DNA of 17,374 nt. It comes from Myxococcota bacterium (GTDB taxonomy: Bacteria; Myxococcota; JACRCW01). Position numbers and translations under genes: made by a program. Of the stretch, positions 7,601 to 14,026 are shown in pieces (the first letter of the stretch is position 1; every line of letters begins with the position of its first letter). Location of the stretch: contig JBFMGU010000221.1 of the NCBI GenBank assembly GCA_040752415.1, forward strand, positions 1 to 17,374, given 5' to 3'. A model generated the notes under the pieces. The model saw only the letters and a list, made by a program, of their open reading frames with translations, searched no databases and was not told the DNA's origin.

Positions 7601-8134
7601 GACTACGTCTGGGTGGACGCCGACCCCGAGGACCGGCCCTACCGTGGCTGGAAGCCCGGCACCGAGGAGCTGAAGATCTCCCGGCTGCTGCTGCGCGTGC
7701 GCTTCTATCCCGGCACCCCGCGCAACGTGGCCCGCACCTGGCACAACATGTACGGCGCCACCTTTGGCAGCGTGCGCGGACATGAAGGTCGTGAGGACGG
7801 GTTGGCCAAGAACCCGGAGACCAACTACCAGGCCATGTTCCGCTACGGCAGCCACCAGTCCGCCACGCGCGCCTGGCTGCGGCCCACGCTGATGACCGAC
7901 TCGCTGGTCCACAAGGACATGTTCGGCCAGGTCATCGCCAAGGGGTTTGCCCCGGACATCCACTGCCCCGTGGGCGCGCCGCGGGAGGCCTTCGTCCGGT
8001 TTAGCAAGGCGGAGCAGGGCGGCGTCGGCGGGGAGGGGCTGTGGCGTCCCGCGGCGCTGGGCTTCCGTCCCACCTACGAGAACGCCGCCATGAAGCAGTA
8101 CCTGGGCGGTGCCTTCATCAAAGTCCGGTCCTGA
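4634..8134 (+). CDS. nxrA: Type II DMSO-reductase-family molybdoenzyme alpha subunit, periplasmic NXR-like nitrite oxidoreductase/nitrate reductase (1166 aa, Tat-exported)
   Basis: GGAGG RBS at 4623-27, ATG 4634. Tat signal FRRRMLQGLLGLGAVAASDAVAA; NPLAHYPNRDWERAYRD; FS0 motif CAPNDTHNC-x39-C (PRICQKG); predicted Mo-ligand Asp in YSWHTDLPPGHP; IRPGTDPAFALG; HTRSGRLEFY; HTPKYRHGAHT; MNPADARALGVDDGDYVWV. Could equally be annotated narG-like. Confidence 0.92.
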   Translation: MTRKGNGTGSTGHHAEVDLFRRRMLQGLLGLGAVAASDAVAAPLRFFKPMHVDNPLAHYPNRDWERAYRDIFKADSSFVFLCAPNDTHNCLLRAYVKNGVITRIGPTYGYGKAEDLYGNRASHRWDPRICQKGLALVRRIYGDRRVKAPMVRRGFKAWADAGFPRGADGKPDPKYFERGKDKWLRVSWDDAYALTARALDNITRTYSGPQGARLLQAQGYDPAMVEALEGAGTQTIKLRGGMAFLGATRIFGLYRFANMMALADAAVRGVKPEESVGARGWDSYSWHTDLPPGHPMVTGAQTNDFDLFAVEHSKLCLVWGMNWITTKMPDSHWLTEARLKGTKVVAITVEYSATATKADEAVIIRPGTDPAFALGLAQVIISKRLHDDGWVARNTDLPFLVRMDTLQPLRPAEVIGNYQSARPANVTFLKKGEKAPPVAQQKMQVIAESMAGDLQPFVIWDKKARKAAAVTRDDWGPAFAKLGVEPDVRAKLKVKLVDGSEVEVRTVFSLMEQYLNENFTPKQTEQITGAPAKAIESLAVQIARNPEKTLFAMGMGPNQFFNSDLKDRAVFLVAALTRNLGFPGGNVGSYAGNYRAALFGGMPTFALEDPFNVQPDPAGKASVRKTIHYESLHYYNYGDRPLRVANKVFTGHGHMPTPTKAMWLNNSNSVIGNVKWHYDVVHNTLPRIELIAYSDWWWTGSCEYSDIVFGCDSWAEFKHPDMTASCTNPFVQMYPRTPLKRIFDTRSDIEIIAGVSHALARIYNDPRFSEMFKGVAEDRVEGYLQRIVDASPALRGYKVEDLLARAEQGVPALMNNRTYPRASSYEQQKGEQPWHTRSGRLEFYRPEPEFVASGENMVVYREPVDSTFYEPNVIVARPHPAIRPEKPQDFGLRPDDLSTEARQVRNVVLTGEELLRSKHPLRAKNFSHIYHTPKYRHGAHTTPVDTDFTSVLFGPFGDVYRHDKRLPSVTEGYVDMNPADARALGVDDGDYVWVDADPEDRPYRGWKPGTEELKISRLLLRVRFYPGTPRNVARTWHNMYGATFGSVRGHEGREDGLAKNPETNYQAMFRYGSHQSATRAWLRPTLMTDSLVHKDMFGQVIAKGFAPDIHCPVGAPREAFVRFSKAEQGGVGGEGLWRPAALGFRPTYENAAMKQYLGGAFIKVRS

Positions 8135-8151
8135 CCGAGCGGAGACGCGTC

Positions 8152-9285
8152 ATGGCGAAAGTGAAGAACTGGCAGCTCAAGCGCGAGATGGACTACCCGT
8201 ACGACGAGCACCGCCCCAAGCGGCAGTGGTCCATCATCTTTGACCTCAACAAGTGCATTGCCTGCCAGACCTGCACGTTGGCCTGCAAGACGACGTGGAC
8301 CAGCGGCAAGGGCCAGGAATACATGTTCTGGAACAACGTGGAGACCAAGCCGTACGGCTCCTACCCGTTGGCCTGGGATGTGCGCATCCTGGAGAAGCTG
8401 GGCAAGCAGGAGTGGGCCCGGAACGCCACCTACCAGGGCAAGACCATCTTCGAGTCCGCCCCTCCCACGGAGCGCGCGCTGCACTACGCGCCGGTGGACG
8501 AGGACTGGATGTACCCTAACGTTGGCGAAGATGACTGCGCCGGCACCGTCAACCAGGGCGGGCACGTGGGCGCACTGCCCCATGACAAGTGGTTCTTCTA
8601 CCTGCCGCGCACCTGCGCGCACTGCACCTATCCCGCGTGCCTGGCCGCGTGTCCGCGCAAGGCCATCTACAAGCGGGAGGAGGATGGCATCGTCCTCATC
8701 GACCAGTCGCGCTGCAAGGGCTACGGCGAGTGCGTGCGCGCCTGTCCCTACAAGAAGTCCATGTACAACCCGCACACGCGCACCAGCGAGAAGTGCGTGG
8801 GTTGCTACCCCGCCGTGGAGCAGGGCCTGCAGCCGCAGTGCGTGGTGAACTGCATTGGCAAGATCCGGATCATGGGTTTCATCAACCCGCCGTGGAACGC
8901 GCGTGAGGACAACCCGGTCGACTACCTGGTGCACAAGAAGCAGATTGCGCTGCCGTATTATCCCCAGCTCGGCCTGGAGCCTAACATCTACTACATCCCG
9001 CCCATCCACGCGGACCGGGAGTACCTGCACCAGATGTTCGGTCCGCTGGTCGACGGAGCGGTGGAGCGCTACCGCCAGCTGACCAGCGACCCGGTGGCGC
9101 AGGGGCTGCTGGTGTTGATGGGCAGCACCGACCGCATCATCCACGGATTCAAGGTCAAGGATGGCACCGCCCGCGGCTACGACGAGAAGGGCGCGGAGCT
9201 GGTGAGCGTGCCGGTGGTGGAGCCGGTGATGGAGCGCCTGGCCTGGGACGAGAAGCTGGGCGCCGTCCGCAACAACACGCCGTGA
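8152..9285 (+). CDS. nxrB: Fe-S beta subunit (NxrB/NarH-like; three [4Fe-4S] plus one [3Fe-4S] predicted), 377 aa
   Basis: GGAG RBS at 8141, ATG 8152. N-terminus VKNWQLKREMDYPYDEHRPKRQW and KGQEYMFWNNVETKPYG are NxrB-like. Cys groups CIACQTCTLAC, CAHCTYPACLAAC, CKGYGECVRAC, CVGC-x11-CVVNC. No signal peptide. Confidence 0.93.
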   Translation: MAKVKNWQLKREMDYPYDEHRPKRQWSIIFDLNKCIACQTCTLACKTTWTSGKGQEYMFWNNVETKPYGSYPLAWDVRILEKLGKQEWARNATYQGKTIFESAPPTERALHYAPVDEDWMYPNVGEDDCAGTVNQGGHVGALPHDKWFFYLPRTCAHCTYPACLAACPRKAIYKREEDGIVLIDQSRCKGYGECVRACPYKKSMYNPHTRTSEKCVGCYPAVEQGLQPQCVVNCIGKIRIMGFINPPWNAREDNPVDYLVHKKQIALPYYPQLGLEPNIYYIPPIHADREYLHQMFGPLVDGAVERYRQLTSDPVAQGLLVLMGSTDRIIHGFKVKDGTARGYDEKGAELVSVPVVEPVMERLAWDEKLGAVRNNTP

Positions 9286-9296
9286 TGAGGATACCC

Positions 9297-10163
9297 ATGA
9301 GAGCACACAAGTCCCTGGTGCTGGTTCTGTCCACGTTGCTTGCCGCCACCGCGCACGCCGGAGAGCTGCGGGTGGTGAACGCGGGACAGGACGTGTCCGA
9401 CGCCAACCCGCAGGCGTCCTACTGGCAGAAGGCGCCGGTGGAGACGGTGGTGCTGACCGGCCAGCCCATGATCACGCCGCGGCCCGCCACCACCACCACC
9501 ACCACGGTCCAGGTCCAGGCGGTCCACGACGGGCAGTGGGTGGCGTTCCGCCTGCGCTGGAAGGACCCGGAGCGCAGCGGGGCCGGTCGCCTGGGGGAGT
9601 TCTCCGACGCGGCCGCGATCCAGTTCCCCATCAAGGAGGGCCCGCCGCCGCCGGTGTTCATGGGCACCAAGGACAACCCCGTCCACATCTACCACTGGCG
9701 CGCGCAGTACCAGGATGACCGGCTGAAGGGGAAACCGGGCATGCGCGAGCTGTACCCGAACATGGCGGTGGACCTCTATCCGCTGGAGTTCAGCGACCCG
9801 GGACACGTGGGCCGCTTTGACGAGGCGGAGACCGACACCTTCTCTCCCGGCCGGGCTTCGGGCAATCCGCAGTCCTTCGTGAAGACGGGGGTGGATGAGA
9901 TCTACGCGGAAGGTTTCTCCACCAGCTCGGTGCAGGCGGGAAACCGCAGCGTGGCGGATGGCCGGTTCGAGAATGGCGAGTGGACGCTGGTCATTGCGCG
10001 CAAGATGACCTCCGACGGTGGCAGCAAGCTGGAGTCGGGCAAGAAGGGCTACGCGGCGTTTGCCATCTGGCAGGGCGGTCAGGGTGAGGTGGGCTCGCGC
10101 AAGAGCGTCACCATGCAGTGGATCCCCTTTGACGTCGAGACGCCGAGGGAAGCACGTCGATGA
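9297..10163 (+). CDS. Periplasmic heme b gamma subunit (EbdC/SerC/NxrC-like, DOMON/EB_dh domain)
   Basis: GAGG RBS, ATG 9297. Sec signal MRAHKSLVLVLSTLLAATAHA; VQAVHDGQWVAFRLRWKD; FSDAAAIQFP; candidate Met ligand (VFMG) and Lys ligand (AFAIWQGGQGEVGSRKS). No CxxCH and no TM anchor. Confidence 0.88.
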   Translation: MRAHKSLVLVLSTLLAATAHAGELRVVNAGQDVSDANPQASYWQKAPVETVVLTGQPMITPRPATTTTTTVQVQAVHDGQWVAFRLRWKDPERSGAGRLGEFSDAAAIQFPIKEGPPPPVFMGTKDNPVHIYHWRAQYQDDRLKGKPGMRELYPNMAVDLYPLEFSDPGHVGRFDEAETDTFSPGRASGNPQSFVKTGVDEIYAEGFSTSSVQAGNRSVADGRFENGEWTLVIARKMTSDGGSKLESGKKGYAAFAIWQGGQGEVGSRKSVTMQWIPFDVETPREARR

Positions 10164-10867
10164 GCACCGTTCACGCCGACATTGATCGCCAAGCGGTGGC
10201 CTTTGGCCTGGCCTCCTTGTTCACGGCCTATCCCGGCGTGGACTTCCCCGCGCGCCTGGCTGGTCTGCTGCGCCTGGCGCAGGAGACCGGGCTGTTCGCC
10301 TCGGACCCGCCGGCCTTCCTGGCGCGGTTCCAGGATGACCGCTCCCTCGACGATGTGCGCAGCGAATACATTGACGTCTTTGACCGCGCCGCGGAGTCCA
10401 ACGCGCTGTACGAGAGCGCCCACGGGCGCGCGCTGGGCAAGGGCAACACGCTCGCCGACGTGGCGGCCTTCTACCACGCCTTTGGCATGGAGCCCGGCAG
10501 CGACGGGACCGAAGCGGAGATGGTGGACCACGTGGCGATGGAGCTGGAGTTCTATGGCGTGCTCCTCCTCAAGCAGGCCTACCTGACCTCGCTGGGTGAC
10601 GGCGAGGGCGTGCAGATCGTGGGCGAGGCGCGGCGCAAGTTCCTGGACGCGCACCTGGGAAGGCTGGTGCCGGCCATTGCCGCGCGCGCGGAGGTGATGC
10701 GCAGCGCGACCTTTGGCCCCGTGTTCACCTGGTGTGCGTCGCTGGTGCAGCAGGAGTGTGGCGCGCTCGGCGTCAGCCCCGCTGCGCTGGAAGGCTCCCA
10801 CGGGGAAGCGGAAGGCGACACGGTGGAGTGCGGCGCGACGGTGGCGCGGCTCCCCGTGCTGTCCTGA
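10160..10867 (+). CDS. TorD/DmsD-family redox enzyme maturation chaperone (delta subunit)
   Basis: EYIDVF...LYES, LADVAAFYHAFG, EMVDHVAMELEF, RKFLDAHLGR motifs. ATGA overlap with the gamma gene. Confidence 0.92.
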   Translation: MSTVHADIDRQAVAFGLASLFTAYPGVDFPARLAGLLRLAQETGLFASDPPAFLARFQDDRSLDDVRSEYIDVFDRAAESNALYESAHGRALGKGNTLADVAAFYHAFGMEPGSDGTEAEMVDHVAMELEFYGVLLLKQAYLTSLGDGEGVQIVGEARRKFLDAHLGRLVPAIAARAEVMRSATFGPVFTWCASLVQQECGALGVSPAALEGSHGEAEGDTVECGATVARLPVLS

Positions 10868-10883
10868 GGGCGGGGAGGAACAC

Positions 10884-11897
10884 GTGCGGCTCCAGGTGCT
10901 CCAGGGACCAGGTCGGCTTGCGGATCCCGCGGGACGAACGCTGCACTATCTCCGCCTAAGCGTGACCGACGCCTGCAACTTCCGCTGCGTCTATTGCCTC
11001 CCCAACGGCTACCAGAAGGGCGGCTGGAACGAGGAGCCGCTCTCCACCGACGAGATCCGGCACCTGGTGTCCGGGCTGGCGGAGCTGGGCGTGTTCAAGG
11101 TGCGCCTCACCGGCGGTGAGCCCACCGTGCGTCGCGACATCGTGGAGGTGGTGCGCGCGGTGGCGGGTGTGCCGGGCATCCGGACCGTGGCGCTCTCCAC
11201 CAACGCCTGGCGCTTGCGCAAGTTGGCGAAGCCGCTCGTCGAGGCGGGGCTGCACTCGGTGAACATCAGCCTGGACAGCCTGGACCCGGCCGCCTTCCAC
11301 CAGATCACCGGGCAGGACCGTCTGCACCACGTGCTGGCTGGGATTGACGCCGCCATTGCCGCCGGGCTGCGGGTGAAGCTCAACGCGGTGTTGCTGGAGA
11401 CGGTGCTGGCCGAGCGGCCGCGGGTGCTGGACGCGTTCCTGGCGTACGTGCGCACGCGTCCGGTGGTGGCGCGCTTCATCGAGCTGATGCGCACGGGCGG
11501 GAACGCGGCGTTCTTCGAGCGCAACCACGTGGACCTGGAGGGCGTCCGTGCGCGCCTGCTGCGGGACGGGTGGGAGCTGCGCGCGCGCCGGGATGGCGAC
11601 GGACCCGCGGAGGAGTACGTGCACCCCGACAGCGTGGGAGGCGTGGGGCTCATTGCGCCCTACCGCAAGGACTTCTGCGCAAGCTGCAACCGGCTGCGGG
11701 TGACCTCGCGCGGGGAGCTGCGGCTGTGCCTGTTTGGGGAGGGCAACCACCCGCTGCGGCCCCTGCTCGCGGATGCGTCCAGTCGGGATGCGCTCGTGCG
11801 TGAAGTGCAGCGCCTGACGTTCGCCAAGCCGCCGGCGCATCGTCTGCACGAGGGGCGGACCGGTGGCGCCCTCAACCTTTCCCTGATGGGTGGATGA
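10884..11897 (+). CDS. moaA: GTP 3',8-cyclase (molybdenum cofactor biosynthesis radical SAM)
   Basis: GGAGG RBS and GTG 10884; YLRLSVTDACNFRCVYC; KVRLTGGEP; VNISLDSL; FIELM; FCASCNRLRVTSRGELRLCLF; C-terminal GG. Confidence 0.96.
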   Translation: MRLQVLQGPGRLADPAGRTLHYLRLSVTDACNFRCVYCLPNGYQKGGWNEEPLSTDEIRHLVSGLAELGVFKVRLTGGEPTVRRDIVEVVRAVAGVPGIRTVALSTNAWRLRKLAKPLVEAGLHSVNISLDSLDPAAFHQITGQDRLHHVLAGIDAAIAAGLRVKLNAVLLETVLAERPRVLDAFLAYVRTRPVVARFIELMRTGGNAAFFERNHVDLEGVRARLLRDGWELRARRDGDGPAEEYVHPDSVGGVGLIAPYRKDFCASCNRLRVTSRGELRLCLFGEGNHPLRPLLADASSRDALVREVQRLTFAKPPAHRLHEGRTGGALNLSLMGG

Positions 11898-11945
11898 AAC
11901 CCCGTGGCCGCGTTGGCGGCACCATGAAGAACAAGGAGAAGAGAA

Positions 11946-12326
11946 GTGAAGATCGCACTCGCACTCGGTAGCGCCCTGTTGGTTCCGGTCCTGGCCCTGG
12001 CCGCGCCCCCCCAGAAGAGCCCGGAGCTCCTGGGGAAGGGCAAGACGTCCTTCACCACCAATTGCGTCCTGTGCCACGGCGAGAAGGGGGACGGAAATGG
12101 CCCGGCCGGCGCACAGATGAATCCCAAGCCGCGCGATTTCTCCGATGTCAAGTCGTACAAGAACGGGTCCAAGCCGGAGCAGATCTTCAAGACGCTGGCG
12201 GAAGGCATCCCGGGTTCGGCCATGGTGCCCTTTGCCCACCTGTCCGAGGAGGAGCGCTGGGCGCTGGCGTATTACGTGGCCGACACGTTCCACAAGCCGG
12301 CCGGCAAGGCCAAGGGCAAGAAGTAG
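11946..12326 (+). CDS. Secreted mono-heme class I cytochrome c
   Basis: AAGGAG RBS, GTG start, signal peptide; CVLCHGEKGDGNGP; PKPRDF; distal Met in GIPGSAMVPF; Lys-rich. Confidence 0.93.
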   Translation: MKIALALGSALLVPVLALAAPPQKSPELLGKGKTSFTTNCVLCHGEKGDGNGPAGAQMNPKPRDFSDVKSYKNGSKPEQIFKTLAEGIPGSAMVPFAHLSEEERWALAYYVADTFHKPAGKAKGKK

Positions 12327-12330
12327 CTTC

Positions 12331-12351
12331 GCTGCACGGTCACCGTGCGGC
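12331..12351 (+). terminator. GC-rich hairpin immediately after the cytochrome c stop (possible terminator or 3' stabiliser)
   Basis: GCTGCACGG-TCA-CCGTGCGGC: 9-bp stem with one G.U pair. No U-tract follows. Confidence 0.35.
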
Positions 12352-12368
12352 TGCGTCAGAGCAGGATG

Positions 12369-12619
12369 CCAGCGGGATTGCAGATGTCGTGAGCGGGCCA
12401 CGACCTGGAGTGCGGCGGGCCCTCGCCGCCCTGGCCAGCGCTGAGCCGGTTCTTCCACCCGCCGACGATCCGCCTTGCGCAGCCGCGATGGATTCCCCGT
12501 CGTCGAGGGGTCCGTCCTCCGCGATCGGCCGTTGCCGACGCACTCGGCGCTGGCCAGGGCGGCGAGGGCCCGCCGCACTCCAGGTCGGGGCCCGCTCACG
12601 ACGCCTGCAATCCCGCTGG
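12369..12619. repeat. Long inverted repeat (77-bp arms, 97-bp spacer); REP-doublet/REPIN- or MITE-like
   Basis: 12369-12445 is the reverse complement of 12543-12619 with 4 mismatches. Each arm carries GGAG-T-GCGGCG-GGCCCT-CGCCGC, a tetranucleotide followed by a short palindrome. Confidence 0.85.
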
Positions 12620-12716
12620 GCAGCTCACGCCCCAAATACTGGCGGCGCGAGTCCCCCGACCCTTGGCGTGACGACGTCAGACGACCAGGTAGTATTAGGA
12701 CCGAACGAAGGACGGG

Positions 12717-14024
12717 CTAATTCCCGCGTCCGCCGAAGGGTCCTCCGCCTCCACCACCACCGCCCCCGCCGAAGAGGCCGCCAAAGGGACCGCCGCCTTC
12801 GCCACCGGGAGTGGCCGTGGGCTGGACGACGGTGAAGTCCAACCGCCGCCAGTCCACGCCGCCGCGCTGGTCGCGCACCACCACCCAGACGAACGCGGGC
12901 CCCTCGGGTGCATCCGGGCTGACCTGCCAGGTGGTGTCAGGGAGGCTGGCATCAAAGCCGGCGTCACGACCGGTGAACGCCGCAAATCCGTTCTGCTCGG
13001 AGGTGGTCTGCTGGATGGAGCCCGCGGTCTGGAACCAGGAGTACGCCATGTCCTCTTTGTAGTTCTTGACGGAGATCTTCCCGGTGCGGGAGTCGAACTG
13101 GAAGGACTGGTAGGGCTCACGGTCATGCGCAGGCACCACGGGACGGATGGTGAGGTTCTCTCCCGCCGTCACCACCAGCCGCCCGGTGAAATCCTGGAAC
13201 GTGCCGCCGCTGGTGACGTCGGCGGGATCCACGCCTTCTTCCTGTTGTCCCGGCGGTCCGTCGCCACCGCCGCCAAAGCGGTACAGCACGCGCGCCAGCG
13301 TGGGATTGCGGTTGGCCACGCGCGGCTTCACGCATTGCACGTCGGCATCCAGCGGCGTCTCGGGGGGACAGAAGTCCATGCCCACCACGCCACTGAAGAG
13401 CTGCTCCACCGCCTCCCGCGCCTCGGGCGGCAGGCCCGCGGGGGAGATGTCCATGCTGAGCTGGAAGCGCTTGATGGCAATCTCGTCCTCGTTGGTGCCG
13501 GGCAGGTACGCGTGCGCCACGAAGTACGGCATGCTGGGAAAGAGCAGGCCCAGGAAGTCCAGGTCTCCGTCGGGAGTGTGCGGGACCATGTAGTCCACCG
13601 CGGGACCGGTGAAGGTGTAGGAAAGGCTGGGCACGCTGAGCTCACCGCCCAGCGAGAGGTCCGTGCTCCTCACGAAGGTGCGCAGGTCCAAGTGCGGTCG
13701 CACCGCGTTGATCTGGTCGGGTGGGGCGTTGTCGCGCAGGCGGTAGCCGCGACACGGCTCCTCCGCCGCTTCCGGGCATAGCCGCGTGGTTAGCGTCACT
13801 TCGCGGCCCTGCGGGTCCACCGCCAGCACCTGCGCGGTCATGTTGTAGGGCCCCAGCGTCAGGCCGGCGCGCTGCGCGGGGTCGGTGATGTGCAGGAAGC
13901 TGAAGAGCAGCTCCGGCGGGTCCAGCCGCATGGCCAGGATGCGCAGGTCCTTGACCTGGTCCGGGCTCTCCTCGTTGATGCACGCGGCGGCGAGAACCAG
14001 CGACGCAATCAGGGTCTTGCGCAT
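12717..14024 (-). CDS. Lipoprotein, partner of the TonB-dependent receptor (435 aa), Gly-rich C-terminal tail
   Basis: Start corrected to ATG 14024, with a GGAG RBS and 2 nt after the receptor stop. MRKTLIASLVLAAAC lipobox; VKDLRILAMRLDPPE; WVVVRDQRGGVDW; tail GGGPFGGLFG10PFGGRGN. Confidence 0.88.
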   Translation of the reverse strand: MRKTLIASLVLAAACINEESPDQVKDLRILAMRLDPPELLFSFLHITDPAQRAGLTLGPYNMTAQVLAVDPQGREVTLTTRLCPEAAEEPCRGYRLRDNAPPDQINAVRPHLDLRTFVRSTDLSLGGELSVPSLSYTFTGPAVDYMVPHTPDGDLDFLGLLFPSMPYFVAHAYLPGTNEDEIAIKRFQLSMDISPAGLPPEAREAVEQLFSGVVGMDFCPPETPLDADVQCVKPRVANRNPTLARVLYRFGGGGDGPPGQQEEGVDPADVTSGGTFQDFTGRLVVTAGENLTIRPVVPAHDREPYQSFQFDSRTGKISVKNYKEDMAYSWFQTAGSIQQTTSEQNGFAAFTGRDAGFDASLPDTTWQVSPDAPEGPAFVWVVVRDQRGGVDWRRLDFTVVQPTATPGGEGGGPFGGLFGGGGGGGGGGPFGGRGN

Positions 14025-14026
14025 GG

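Noticed and set aside
5183..7963. 926-aa ORF on the - strand
   Set aside because: Antisense shadow of the alpha subunit, expected from GC-biased codon usage; no recognisable motifs.
8074..9306. 410-aa - strand ORF, and similar shadows at 895-1869, 2342-3196, 3798-4577 and 10079-10801
   Set aside because: Each lies opposite a well-supported gene and has no domain signature.
9489..9503. (ACC)5 tract in the gamma gene as a phase-variation switch
   Set aside because: In-frame trinucleotide run encoding Thr; slippage would not shift the frame.
4634..10163. Canonical narGHJI, ethylbenzene dehydrogenase or perchlorate reductase assignment
   Set aside because: There is a Tat signal and no narI, and FS0 is C-x3-D-x3-C rather than H-x3-C-x3-C. 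The gamma subunit is a heme b type rather than a multiheme PcrC.
10956..12635. 559-aa - strand ORF and 12062..12835 + ORF sharing the peptide VVSGPRPGVRRALAALASAE
   Set aside because: The shared peptide comes from translating the two arms of the DNA inverted repeat. Both ORFs overlap moaA or the cytochrome c.
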